A stretch of 64,000 nucleotides of DNA from Candidatus Peregrinibacteria bacterium (GTDB taxonomy: Bacteria; Patescibacteriota; Gracilibacteria; UBA1369; LOWO2-01-FULL-3), in the NCBI GenBank assembly GCA_018655275.1, contig JABIJZ010000010.1:9274-73273 (forward strand), in the 5' to 3' direction. Numbering within the stretch: position 1 is the first letter of the stretch; every line of letters begins with the position of its first letter. A program made the position numbers and the translations under genes. The notes below the pieces were generated by a model. The model saw only the letters and a list, made by a program, of their open reading frames with translations. It had not been told where the DNA came from and did not search any database. Shown one piece after another: positions 18,977-28,262 of this stretch.

Positions 18977-20290
18977 CTACCCACGCACCTCCTTCATATG
19001 ATCAATCCTCTTCTGGATCAGCTCTGCTGTCCCGATATCTTCTCTGTAGAAGACAGGCCCGCTCACAGAACCAACCGCACTCTGGGCCAGTTTTTCAGCC
19101 TCCTCCAGGGTATCTGCAATCCCCACAAAAGCGATAGCCCTAGACCCGCTCAAATACAATCCATCTTCACGCTCATCGACTGAAGCATAATATGCCTTCA
19201 CGCCCTCAGGAACCTCTCCGACCTCAATCTTATCTCCTTTACAAGGATTATCAGGATATCCTTCCGGTACGACGTATTTGCAAACAGTAGCCTTCTTCTC
19301 AAATTCCACCTCCACCTCGTCCAACTTCCCAGAAATCTGCGCTTCACAAATCGCAACAAAATCCGACGTAAGCAAAGGCAAAGCATTCATCGCCTCAGGA
19401 TCGCCAAATCGTGCATTATATTCAATCAGCTTAACGCCACGCGAAGTCACAATAAATCCACCATACATAATTCCTTTAAATTCAACACCAGTCTCCTCCT
19501 TCAACGCAACAAGAACCCGGCTAGTAATCTCACGCGCATCCTCAACGTCCTTCTCTACCAAAAACGGCAACAAATGATCAGCATCACTATATGTCCCCAT
19601 TCCACCTGTATTTGGGCCTGTATCTCCTTCGTAAGCACGTTTGTGATCCTGGATAGAAGGCATTTCCACAGTATGAGAACCATCGGCAAAACTCATCAAA
19701 CTAAATTCTTCCCCAACTAATTTTTCCTCAACAACAACGCGATCACCATCTGCCAAACATTCTCGTGCATAAGCCAACCCTTCCTCACGACCATTCAAAT
19801 GATCGCCAGAAACCTTCACACCTTTTCCACCCTTCAAACCATCAGCCTTCACAACAAAATCATCTCCCAATTCATCAAAAATTTCCTCCAAACCATCTTC
19901 GGAATAAAAAATCTTAAACATAGGATTTCCAGGAATATCGTATTTTGCCAAAAGATCACGGGTAAAAGACTTCGACGACTCAAGCCGAGCAACAGTCTGC
20001 AAAGGTGCACAAGAATGCACGCCAATTTCCAAAAGCATGTCCACAACTCCAGCTGCAATAGGAGCCTCCGGCCCAGGAATTGCAAAGTCCGGTCGAATCT
20101 TCTCAGCGTATTCACGAACAACCTCAAGATCGCAAGGATCTTCAACCAAATAATCAGTCGCCAAATCCCGAAGAGCAGGATTCAACGCTCCGCCAACAAC
20201 ATAAATCTCAGTTTCCTGCGGAGATCGTTTCAAAGTCTCAGCAACGACATGCTCACGAGCACCATTACCAAGTAAGAGTATTTTTTTCAT
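18977..20290 (-). CDS. purD: Phosphoribosylamine--glycine ligase
   Basis: MKKILLLGNGAREHVVAETL, an ATP-grasp core and GDTGPNTGGMGTYS. Confidence 0.9.
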   Translation of the reverse strand: MKKILLLGNGAREHVVAETLKRSPQETEIYVVGGALNPALRDLATDYLVEDPCDLEVVREYAEKIRPDFAIPGPEAPIAAGVVDMLLEIGVHSCAPLQTVARLESSKSFTRDLLAKYDIPGNPMFKIFYSEDGLEEIFDELGDDFVVKADGLKGGKGVKVSGDHLNGREEGLAYARECLADGDRVVVEEKLVGEEFSLMSFADGSHTVEMPSIQDHKRAYEGDTGPNTGGMGTYSDADHLLPFLVEKDVEDAREITSRVLVALKEETGVEFKGIMYGGFIVTSRGVKLIEYNARFGDPEAMNALPLLTSDFVAICEAQISGKLDEVEVEFEKKATVCKYVVPEGYPDNPCKGDKIEVGEVPEGVKAYYASVDEREDGLYLSGSRAIAFVGIADTLEEAEKLAQSAVGSVSGPVFYREDIGTAELIQKRIDHMKEVRG

Positions 20291-20333
20291 AAGAATTTTT
20301 ATTTATAAAGGTGCTCACCATGGGCTCGCACTG

Positions 20334-21836
20334 TTAAACTAAACTCAATTGATCCTCGCCCATATCCTCTTCAATTTGCCCACACGCCTTCTCACACAAT
20401 CTACTTTCAGCAACTTTCTTCAGGGTATCGTCATCAACATCGCCAGTCTTATATTTCCCATCAAAACACGCCATACACATATCCTTCAGCTCTGGATTCC
20501 CCACAATACAAGCCTCAAAAACATCTTTCAAATCACCATAAAACAATTTATCAACACCAATATATTTCCCAATTTCCTCAACAGTATTTGCAGAAGCAAT
20601 CAGCTCCTCATGAGTTGGGATATCGATCCCGTAAACACAAGGATTTATTACCGGAGGTGAATAAGAAGCAAAATAAATTTTCTTAGCTCCAGCTTTGCGA
20701 CACATTTGAACAATTTGTTTTGATGTGTTTCCACGAACAATCGAATCATCTATCAATAAAACATTTTTCCCCTCAAATTCGAGAGGCATCGCATTTAATT
20801 TATACTTGATTGATTTTTTTCGAACGGCCTGGCCAGGCATAATAAAAGTCCGACCGATATATCGATTTTTGATCAATCCTTCACGATAGGGGAGCTTCAA
20901 TGCTTGAGCCAACGCAATTGCTGAAGTTCTGCTGGAATCCGGCACAGGCATAACAACATCTACTTTGACACCAGAAGCTTTGATTTGTTTTGTCATAGCT
21001 TCACCCATCCTCAATCGAGCTTTGTGCACAGAGATTTTGTCTATAACAGAATCTGGTCTCGCAAAATAAATATATTCAAAGATACAAGGGATATGTTTTT
21101 TGTTAGTCAAAACTTTACTGTGAACTTTTCGGTCCTCATCTATCCAAATTACTTCACCAGGAGCAACATCACGCACAACTTCAAATCCCAAAATATCCAA
21201 AGTAACTTGCTCAGACGAGAAAATATATTCATCGACCAAGCCAGCTTTTCGTTTACCAAAAATTAACGGACGAATCCCGTGAGGATCACGGAAAGCAACC
21301 ATGCCGTGTTTCGCTACATACGAAACAACACTGTAAGCACCTTGAGATCTATCAAAAACACTTTTAACAGCCTTACAAAAATGATCGAATTTAACATCTC
21401 CATCAACATTTTGTTTCGTCAAAGCCTTAGTGAAAACATTCAAAATAACTTCAGCATCACAATCTGAATTAACCAAACGATGATCTTTCTCAAAAAGTTC
21501 TTTTTTTAATTCATGAGCATTAAACAAATTTCCATTATGGGCTAAAGCGACTCCAAAAAACGCATTAGACAAAAACGGTTGAGCATCGAGAGCGCCGCCA
21601 GAACCAATAGTAGAATAACGAGTATGTCCAATCCCAACTTGCCCCTGCAATCTCATCATATTCTTTGTTCGGAAAACATCTTTTACCAATCCCATGCCCT
21701 TCTTCATCTGAAAAGCATTTCCATCATAAGTGATCATCCCAGTAGCATCTTGTCCACGATGCTGCAAAGTCGTCAAACCATCATATAAGTCCTGAGCTAC
21801 GTATTTACTTCCGAATATTCCTAGAACGCCACACAT
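20334..21836 (-). CDS. purF: Amidophosphoribosyltransferase
   Basis: MCGVLGIFG carries the Ntn Cys2. HRGQDATGM, the GHTRYST motifs and the PRTase loop LLIDDSIVRGNTS are present. Confidence 0.9.
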   Translation of the reverse strand: MCGVLGIFGSKYVAQDLYDGLTTLQHRGQDATGMITYDGNAFQMKKGMGLVKDVFRTKNMMRLQGQVGIGHTRYSTIGSGGALDAQPFLSNAFFGVALAHNGNLFNAHELKKELFEKDHRLVNSDCDAEVILNVFTKALTKQNVDGDVKFDHFCKAVKSVFDRSQGAYSVVSYVAKHGMVAFRDPHGIRPLIFGKRKAGLVDEYIFSSEQVTLDILGFEVVRDVAPGEVIWIDEDRKVHSKVLTNKKHIPCIFEYIYFARPDSVIDKISVHKARLRMGEAMTKQIKASGVKVDVVMPVPDSSRTSAIALAQALKLPYREGLIKNRYIGRTFIMPGQAVRKKSIKYKLNAMPLEFEGKNVLLIDDSIVRGNTSKQIVQMCRKAGAKKIYFASYSPPVINPCVYGIDIPTHEELIASANTVEEIGKYIGVDKLFYGDLKDVFEACIVGNPELKDMCMACFDGKYKTGDVDDDTLKKVAESRLCEKACGQIEEDMGEDQLSLV

Positions 21837-21851
21837 ATGGATTTGGTTAGA

Positions 21852-22721
21852 TTATTCTTTATATCCACTCAAACGTTTTGCTGCTTTCACAACATTCAAC
21901 ATGAGACAAGCAACAGTCATAGGGCCCGCTCCTCCAGGAACAGGCGTAATATAAGACGCTTTTTCACTTACACTCGCAAAATCACAATCTCCCACCAATT
22001 TCCCTTCATCAGTACGATTCACCCCAATATCTATCACAACAGCACCATCAGCAACCATGTCAGCCGAGATCAATCCAGCTTTCCCAACACCCACACACAA
22101 AATATCAGCACGCTTAGTATGGAAAGCCAAATCCTTCGTATCTATATGACAAGTCGTAACAGTCGCATTCCTATTCAGAAGCATAGTCGACAATGGTTTC
22201 CCCACAATATTACTGTGCCCAACGACAACAGCTTCCTTCCCCTTCATATTGATATCGTAATATTCCAGCATCTTGATCACTCCCAAAGGAGTGCAAGGCG
22301 CCAAATCCTCAAAATCCGCGCTAGTAAACATCTTCCCGAGATTGTATGCCGTAAACCCGTCCACATCCTTTTTCGGATCGATCGCCCGAATCACCAAAGG
22401 CACACTAATATGCTTCGGCAACGGCAACTGAACCAAAATTCCATGCACCAACGGATCCGCATTCAATTCCTCTATTTTCCCAACCAGCTCCTCTGTTGTC
22501 ACACTTTCATCGTAGTCGAACTGATCCCACTCAATCCCAGTTTTCGCACACGCTTTCTGTTTTTGCTTAATATAAGAAAGACTTGCTGGATCTTGCCCAA
22601 CAAGCATCACGACCAGTTTTGGTTTAACCTTAGCCCTTACCTCGAGTTTGCTTACCTCCCTTTCGAGGTCCGCATACATTTCTTCAGCGATTTTCCTCCC
22701 TTCTATTAGCTTTGCAGTCAT
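21852..22721 (-). CDS. folD: Bifunctional methylene-THF dehydrogenase / methenyl-THF cyclohydrolase
   Basis: MTAKLIEGRKIAEEM..., PASLSYIKQKQKAC, VQLPLPKHI, VVVGHSNIVGKPL and ITPVPGGAGPMTVA. The start is moved to 22721; the tracked 22805 start adds 28 implausible residues. Confidence 0.9.
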   Translation of the reverse strand: MTAKLIEGRKIAEEMYADLEREVSKLEVRAKVKPKLVVMLVGQDPASLSYIKQKQKACAKTGIEWDQFDYDESVTTEELVGKIEELNADPLVHGILVQLPLPKHISVPLVIRAIDPKKDVDGFTAYNLGKMFTSADFEDLAPCTPLGVIKMLEYYDINMKGKEAVVVGHSNIVGKPLSTMLLNRNATVTTCHIDTKDLAFHTKRADILCVGVGKAGLISADMVADGAVVIDIGVNRTDEGKLVGDCDFASVSEKASYITPVPGGAGPMTVACLMLNVVKAAKRLSGYKE

Positions 22722-22820
22722 CTTGATGCGTTTTAAAAAGAAAAAAGAAACGCCAACCAATTTCCACTTAACCGGAACTGCTGGTTGACAACTCAAACTT
22801 ACCAAAATTGGTGAAAAAGA

Positions 22821-23420
22821 TCAATGTTCACCTTGATCTAAATACCCCCACACCTCATCCCAAAGCAACTTTGCTGTATCCGTAACCTCTTCCTGCATTT
22901 CGACACGCTTCCATCCATATCTCTCAGCCAGCTCATCATGAATCAGCCGACACTTTTCCGCCAACTCATCATTTTGTTCATGTATATGTTTTTCTTCCTT
23001 GGCACTAGTATGTCTTTGGCCAACCAACATCACAGAAAAATCCTCTTTTAACAAAGGTTCATTTATAGATTCAAGCCATTCTCGCGAAAGACCTTTCGCC
23101 ATTCCCCAAGCAATCCCAGTCCCAATGTAATCTTCCACAATAAGAATTTTCCCATCAGCTAATTTTTTCTCAATCTCAGTTTGGAACTGAAATCGATTCA
23201 AAACAAACCACAATTGCAACTCATCTTCCGAAAGCTTCTGCTCTTCATGTCCACGCAACGCATGATCAAGAAAAGGCCCGGTCGGTTCCACGGAATAATT
23301 AGGATACTTCAGAAACTCAGCCTCATGTCCCTCACCGATCAACCTTTCAGTCAAAATCTGGGCATGAGTAGACTTCCCAATGTTATTAATCCCATAAATT
23401 GTAATAAATTTCCCTTTCAT
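22821..23420 (-). CDS. Thymidylate kinase-like P-loop kinase
   Basis: The P-loop is FITIYGINNIGKST, and length and layout are Tmk-like (VEDYIGTGIAWG). It sits between folD and dut. Sequence is divergent, so assignment is at family level only. Confidence 0.55.
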   Translation of the reverse strand: MKGKFITIYGINNIGKSTHAQILTERLIGEGHEAEFLKYPNYSVEPTGPFLDHALRGHEEQKLSEDELQLWFVLNRFQFQTEIEKKLADGKILIVEDYIGTGIAWGMAKGLSREWLESINEPLLKEDFSVMLVGQRHTSAKEEKHIHEQNDELAEKCRLIHDELAERYGWKRVEMQEEVTDTAKLLWDEVWGYLDQGEH

Positions 23421-23439
23421 CCAAAAAATGCATTAAAAA

Positions 23440-23868
23440 CTACCCCGTACTTCCAAATCCTCCTCGACTTTCTTCACGAATTTCATCTACCTCCTCCCAT
23501 TCAAATTTATCAACGCGAACAAAAACTCCCTGCGCGATTTTCTCACCACGCTCAATCGAAACATCTGAACCAGAAAAATTATAAACCTGGATTTTCACCT
23601 CGTCCTCAGGCCCACAATAATCATGATCAATAATCCCGAATCCATGAGGGGGAGTGAGCCCCTTCTTGCGAGGGGTAGAAGACCTAGAAGCAACAATCAA
23701 CATGTAGCCAACAGGAACTTCCACAACCACATTTCCAGGAATTAATTCGATCTCACCATCACTCACAACTACATTCTCACGAGCAAGAACATCAAAACCA
23801 ACAGACCCTTCCGTTTCATAAACTGGAAGAGGTAATTCTTTGTCGATTCTTTTAATTTTGACTTTCAT
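23440..23868 (-). CDS. dut: dUTP diphosphatase
   Basis: YETEGSVGFDVLA, VASRSS and the C-terminal RGGFGSTG are trimeric dUTPase motifs. Confidence 0.85.
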   Translation of the reverse strand: MKVKIKRIDKELPLPVYETEGSVGFDVLARENVVVSDGEIELIPGNVVVEVPVGYMLIVASRSSTPRKKGLTPPHGFGIIDHDYCGPEDEVKIQVYNFSGSDVSIERGEKIAQGVFVRVDKFEWEEVDEIREESRGGFGSTG

Positions 23869-23933
23869 AGTGAACCTAAGATAAAGTAAACCGGCTCAAC
23901 AATCAAACTGAAATTTCCTCGAAAATTCCCACA

Positions 23934-24884
23934 ATGACACCCTCAAAAGACCCAAAAAAAATAGACTTTGCCGTAGGTGGCCAAGCCGTAATTGAAGGCG
24001 TAATGATGCGTTCACCAAACAGCATCGTGATCTCTGTACGCAAATCCGACAAGACAATAAAAACCCAAGAAAAATTCTACAGAACCCTGACCCAAAGATT
24101 CCGAGCAATCAACATTCCGATCCTCAGAGGTATGGTGAATTTATTTGAAATGATGATAGTAGGTTTCGGCGCAATCAACTTTTCAGCAAACGAATTCATA
24201 GACGAAGAACCAACCACTACCAAAGAAGACAAACCAAAATCACTCACAGCAAAAATAGGGGAGGTGGTGATGTTCGCAATCTCAATAATCATCGCCATCG
24301 CATTCTCGATATTCCTGTTCAAATTTCTTCCACTCTGGATAACAACTTTCCTAGAAACAAAATTCGAAGCAATCAGTAGCAACTACATCCTATTCAACAT
24401 AATTGACGGCATTCTCAAAACAACAATTTTTATTCTCTATATATACATCCTGTCACTTTTTCCAAGTTTCAAAAGTATATTCGAATACCACGGGGCAGAG
24501 CACAAAGCAGTCTTCACATACGAAGCTTCACTTCCCCTAACAGTAGAAAACGCACGCAAACAATCACGATTCCATCCACGATGCGGAACGAGTTTCGTCC
24601 TCATCGTGTTTGTGATCAGCATCCTTGTTTATACACTCATCCCACGCCAACCAGACTTCACAACGAATCTTTTGATAAGACTCGCATTCCTTCCATTCAT
24701 CGCAGGTGTCTCATATGAATATCTGAAAATCTCAGCGCGCTATTGCCACAAATCATGGACACACCTTTTCGTAGCTCCAGGCCTTTGGTTGCAACGTCTC
24801 ACCACAAAAGAACCCAGAGACGACCAAATAGAAGTGGCACTCTACTCATTACAAAAAGCGTTGGACAAAGAAGAGAAAGCTTAA
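23934..24884 (+). CDS. DUF1385 family membrane protein (YqhQ-like)
   Basis: GGQAVIEGVMMRSPN, YHGAEHKAV and RFHPRCGTSF are hallmark DUF1385 motifs. Confidence 0.75.
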   Translation: MTPSKDPKKIDFAVGGQAVIEGVMMRSPNSIVISVRKSDKTIKTQEKFYRTLTQRFRAINIPILRGMVNLFEMMIVGFGAINFSANEFIDEEPTTTKEDKPKSLTAKIGEVVMFAISIIIAIAFSIFLFKFLPLWITTFLETKFEAISSNYILFNIIDGILKTTIFILYIYILSLFPSFKSIFEYHGAEHKAVFTYEASLPLTVENARKQSRFHPRCGTSFVLIVFVISILVYTLIPRQPDFTTNLLIRLAFLPFIAGVSYEYLKISARYCHKSWTHLFVAPGLWLQRLTTKEPRDDQIEVALYSLQKALDKEEKA

Positions 24885-25579
24885 ACAGCCTCCAATGTCG
24901 AACTATTCTCCAATCTGATTCCAGGCCCCATGCTTGTCGTCAAAGTGATCGATTTCACATAAACACCTTTTACAGTCGAAGGTTTCGCCTCCTTGATAGC
25001 TTTCACAACGGCCAACAAATTTTCTTTCAAAGCAGCTTCCTCAAAAGAAACTTTCCCGAAAGAACAGTGAACGTTACCAAGCTTATCAATTCTGAACTCA
25101 AGACGTCCTTTTTTAATCTCTTCGATAGTTTTCGCAACATCAGGAGTTACAGTTCCAGCTTTTGGATTAGGCATAAGACCTTTTGTTCCAAGAATCTTAG
25201 CAATTTTACCAAGACTTCTCATTTGAGAAGGATCAGCTACCGCTACATCGAATTCAAGCCAACCTCCTTCGATTTTCTCAATCAAATCATTGGTGCCAGC
25301 CTCTGAAGCTCCAGCTGTCTTCGCATCCTTTACCCCACCATCATCGACAAAAGCAATAACACGAACGTCATTACCAGTACCATGTGGAAGAGCAACAGTC
25401 CCACGAATATTTTCTTCAGCTTGTTTCGGATCCAGTCCTAGGTTGAAATGAACTTCACAAGTCGCATCGAACTTAACTTTTGAAGTTTGCTTAAGAAGAG
25501 TAACCGCTTCTTCAAAGCCATAATTCTCCTTCTCGATCAGCGCAACGGCCTCACGATAATTTTTTCCATGTTTAGACAT
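24881..25579 (-). CDS. rplA: 50S ribosomal protein L1
   Basis: MSKHGKNYREA..., FDATCEVHFNLGLDPK and VALPHGTG. Confidence 0.9.
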   Translation of the reverse strand: MSKHGKNYREAVALIEKENYGFEEAVTLLKQTSKVKFDATCEVHFNLGLDPKQAEENIRGTVALPHGTGNDVRVIAFVDDGGVKDAKTAGASEAGTNDLIEKIEGGWLEFDVAVADPSQMRSLGKIAKILGTKGLMPNPKAGTVTPDVAKTIEEIKKGRLEFRIDKLGNVHCSFGKVSFEEAALKENLLAVVKAIKEAKPSTVKGVYVKSITLTTSMGPGIRLENSSTLEAV

Positions 25580-25611
25580 GATTTTTTGGGTTAAGTGGTA
25601 AATGGCGGCAG

Positions 25612-25641
25612 GTCACTGGATCGCCTTCGGCTTCCTGTGAC
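25612..25641. repeat. GC-rich hairpin in the rplK-rplA spacer, related to the hairpin at 29117..29144
   Basis: GTCACTGGATCGCCTTCGGCTTCCTGTGAC has an outer stem GTCAC(T)GGA/TCC(T)GTGAC and an inner GCC-TTC-GGC. On the transcribed (-) strand it is preceded by GGGAGGCCA. Confidence 0.5.
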
Positions 25642-25664
25642 TGGCCTCCCACTAATAAATAAAT

Positions 25665-26090
25665 TTAATCTTTAACAACAACTCCCATACTTCTGCATGT
25701 GCCAGCGATAATATTGACTGCGTGATCCATATCATTCGCATTCAAATCTTTCATTTTCGCTTCAGCAATCTCCTCAAGTTGTTTCCGAGTAATTGTCCCA
25801 ACTTTTTCTTTGTGAGGGACACCAGAACCTTTCGCAAGATTGATAGCTTTTTTGATCAAAAAAGCCGCAGGTGGAGTTTTAGTAATAAACGTAAAAGAAC
25901 GATCTTCATAAACAGTGATAATCACAGGGACGATTGCGTCGCCCATCTCCTTTGTTCCGTTATTAAACTGAGTACAAAAATCTTGAATTGCAACTCCATG
26001 CTGACCCAAAGCCGAACCTACTGGAGGTGCGGGATTTGCCTTACCAGCTGGGATTTGTAATTTGATGACTGCTATAACTGCTTTTGCCAT
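25665..26090 (-). CDS. rplK: 50S ribosomal protein L11
   Basis: [33 protein letters not shown] is the canonical L11 N-terminus. Confidence 0.9.
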   Translation of the reverse strand: MAKAVIAVIKLQIPAGKANPAPPVGSALGQHGVAIQDFCTQFNNGTKEMGDAIVPVIITVYEDRSFTFITKTPPAAFLIKKAINLAKGSGVPHKEKVGTITRKQLEEIAEAKMKDLNANDMDHAVNIIAGTCRSMGVVVKD

Positions 26091-26184
26091 TTTTTTTGTT
26101 TAGTAAATAGCGAGTGCGTAACGCGCGTCATTCTACCTCAAAAAAAGGAAAAGTCAACGGAATTCAAGGTGTAAAAACAAAAAT

Positions 26185-26212
26185 TTGACAAAACACTCCA
26201 GACCTTCATAAT
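26185..26212 (+). promoter_or_regulatory. Candidate sigma70-type promoter for the 26237 orphan gene pair
   Basis: TTGACA (26185-26190), a 16-nt spacer, then CATAAT (26207-26212). Confidence 0.4.
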
Positions 26213-26236
26213 GACTTCCAAATTTAACCCCAGGCA

Positions 26237-26608
26237 ATGGTGGTAGACTTCGAGGAAATCAAAGGCTTAGAACTCAGCGCACCAGAAATAGAAAGAGCTG
26301 ACGTAGACACTCAGCTCGATATCTTTCGGCTAGTTTCAGCTACAAAAGAAGAAATTGCAAAAGTATACGCCACAGTAAAGGACAAAGATGACGACACAAG
26401 CAAACTCCTGACATCTTTACTTTCAAAATACTATCATATGAAGGGTGAAGTCAGCAGCAGATCAATGCCAAAAGACGACATCACCGCCCAGCTTTCCAAA
26501 GAAGACCTTCCAGAGGACATCTTGGACCAGTTCAACGCTTTAGCCTGTAGCGGAATCAGAATCATTAGCATTAAAGGTAGTCGAACACCAAAGAAAGGAC
26601 ATGTCTGA
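26237..26608 (+). CDS. Hypothetical acidic protein carrying one copy of the repeat module found in the next gene
   Basis: A 123-aa ORF whose stop overlaps the next start (ATGTCTGA). Its C-terminus DILDQFNALACSGIRIISIKGSRTPKK resembles the repeat ends of the 553-aa protein. Confidence 0.5.
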   Translation: MVVDFEEIKGLELSAPEIERADVDTQLDIFRLVSATKEEIAKVYATVKDKDDDTSKLLTSLLSKYYHMKGEVSSRSMPKDDITAQLSKEDLPEDILDQFNALACSGIRIISIKGSRTPKKGHV

Positions 26609-28262
26609 CGTCTTGAACTGGACAGTAGTAAATCCAAACGTAAAGGTCGTAAGCTATGTGCCAGAAGAAGTAGAAGCACTTCACAGACGAATAAGAACCC
26701 AAATAGATGCCCCAGAAAACAGATCAAATCAAATATGGCAAAAAGCCGAACATTTAGTAGGTAAATTTTCAGCTACATCATTAGATGAGTTAGAGGACGC
26801 ATTAGGCGCAGACGATATACAGAAGCTGTTGGCAAATATAAATAAATACGCTCTAAACAAAATAGGAGCAGAAATACACATCCGCAACGACATGGCAGTC
26901 CTAAGCGAAATGGGGCAAGCCCCAGTCGTAGTACTAGGTCACCACAAGCCGGCACCAGCTCCAGCAGAAGAAAGCGAAGATCCAGTGACTCACGAACTTT
27001 CCCCAAAAGAATACGAAAAAGCAGAAAATATAGCGGCTGCTTTAGTCGCAGAATCAAAAGCAGATCCAAGAGCAACAACAACTAAAAGAAGAGGAAAGCG
27101 AGACCACGCAGAATACACAAGAGAAACCGCCAGAGAAAGGCGATTAAAAATAGCAAGCAGATTCATAGAAGCAATGATCAAACACAAAGAAGGGGTGCCA
27201 ACAGCAGCGTTAACAAAACATTTAAATTATGTAGGCCTAACAGCAGAAGATCTAATGGGTAAGCCATTAAAAGAAGCGAACAAAGCTCTTAAAACAGTTG
27301 GATTACAAATAGAAGTCAGAGACGGTAAACTTCTCATCCTCACAAAAAAAGAAGAGAAACTGGAAACTCCAAAAAGACCACGTGGCTCACGTAAAAAAGA
27401 AGTTGAAGGCATACAAGGCGTAGAAATTCCTCTACGTGAAGGCCTAAAAAACCTCCCGGAAGAGTTCCTAATACTATTAGATCGAATGGGAAGAGTTTAT
27501 CCTCATTTGAAAAGAAACTATAAACGAGTCGGCGCAATAATGAGAGTAATGTCTCAATTTCACAAGGGGATTCATATAGAAGACATTCCTGTTCTTTTGA
27601 AAGAGCAATACAAAGTCAGGTCAACAAAAGAGCAAGCATTTAATGCACTAACGAATATAGTTGACAACCTTTTAAGGGATTTCGGAATAAGCTTGCAAGT
27701 CGAAGATGGATCTGAAAAAGCCCGATTAGTATTAGATTTAGAAGGAAACAAAGAGCTCAAGGTGGTATTTGAGGCATTTGCAAGAAATCTCAAGGAAAAA
27801 GAAGCAGCCCTGAAACTAAGGGCGGAAAGGGCAGCAACTTTAGCAGAAAGGCTTCAAGAAAAAAACACAGCTGCCATGTTGGAACGCCACGAAAAAAGAG
27901 CTGCCTACCTAGAATCAATAAAAATTGAAGGAACCAAACGTGAAGAAGTTTTAGCCTTCGCAGAAGAGAAACTAGCAAAGGGAAATTACAGGGGTGGAGG
28001 TTCATATAAATATGGAGCCATAATAAAAGAAATCGCAAGCCCCACCCGGAAGCCAATAACGCGAATGGGACTCATTTCAATCCTATCTCTTAGATACCAA
28101 ATAGAAATCACAAAAGCTGACCTAGCAAAAATGATAAATAATATAAATTTAAACGAGCTAAAACCAAAACTAAATGTCAAAATTTTAGCCCACCAAGACA
28201 AACTAAGGATGGTCAACGTAATAGAGGGTGATAAAGACGATGACGAAGATTCAGAAGACTAA
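26601..28262 (+). CDS. Hypothetical protein with four internal repeats, possibly winged-helix-like modules
   Basis: The repeats end in ALNKIGAEIHIRNDMAVL (aa 84-101), ALKTVGLQIEVRDGKLLIL (229-247), LLRDFGISLQVEDGSEKARLVL (357-378) and LNELKPKLNVKILAHQDKLRMV (517-538). Linkers are basic or coiled-coil and the tail is acidic. No known family recognised. Confidence 0.55.
   Translation: MSDVLNWTVVNPNVKVVSYVPEEVEALHRRIRTQIDAPENRSNQIWQKAEHLVGKFSATSLDELEDALGADDIQKLLANINKYALNKIGAEIHIRNDMAVLSEMGQAPVVVLGHHKPAPAPAEESEDPVTHELSPKEYEKAENIAAALVAESKADPRATTTKRRGKRDHAEYTRETARERRLKIASRFIEAMIKHKEGVPTAALTKHLNYVGLTAEDLMGKPLKEANKALKTVGLQIEVRDGKLLILTKKEEKLETPKRPRGSRKKEVEGIQGVEIPLREGLKNLPEEFLILLDRMGRVYPHLKRNYKRVGAIMRVMSQFHKGIHIEDIPVLLKEQYKVRSTKEQAFNALTNIVDNLLRDFGISLQVEDGSEKARLVLDLEGNKELKVVFEAFARNLKEKEAALKLRAERAATLAERLQEKNTAAMLERHEKRAAYLESIKIEGTKREEVLAFAEEKLAKGNYRGGGSYKYGAIIKEIASPTRKPITRMGLISILSLRYQIEITKADLAKMINNINLNELKPKLNVKILAHQDKLRMVNVIEGDKDDDEDSED

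Noticed and set aside
21837-22709. A 290-aa + strand ORF
   Set aside because: It is antisense to folD, which is unambiguous. The translation is His/Arg/Ser/Ile-rich with no motifs. The same reasoning applies to 15880..16473 (an alternative frame of maf), 57113..57964 (within hisD), 2041..2589, 3292..3777, 19799..20275, 51151..51744 and similar shadows.
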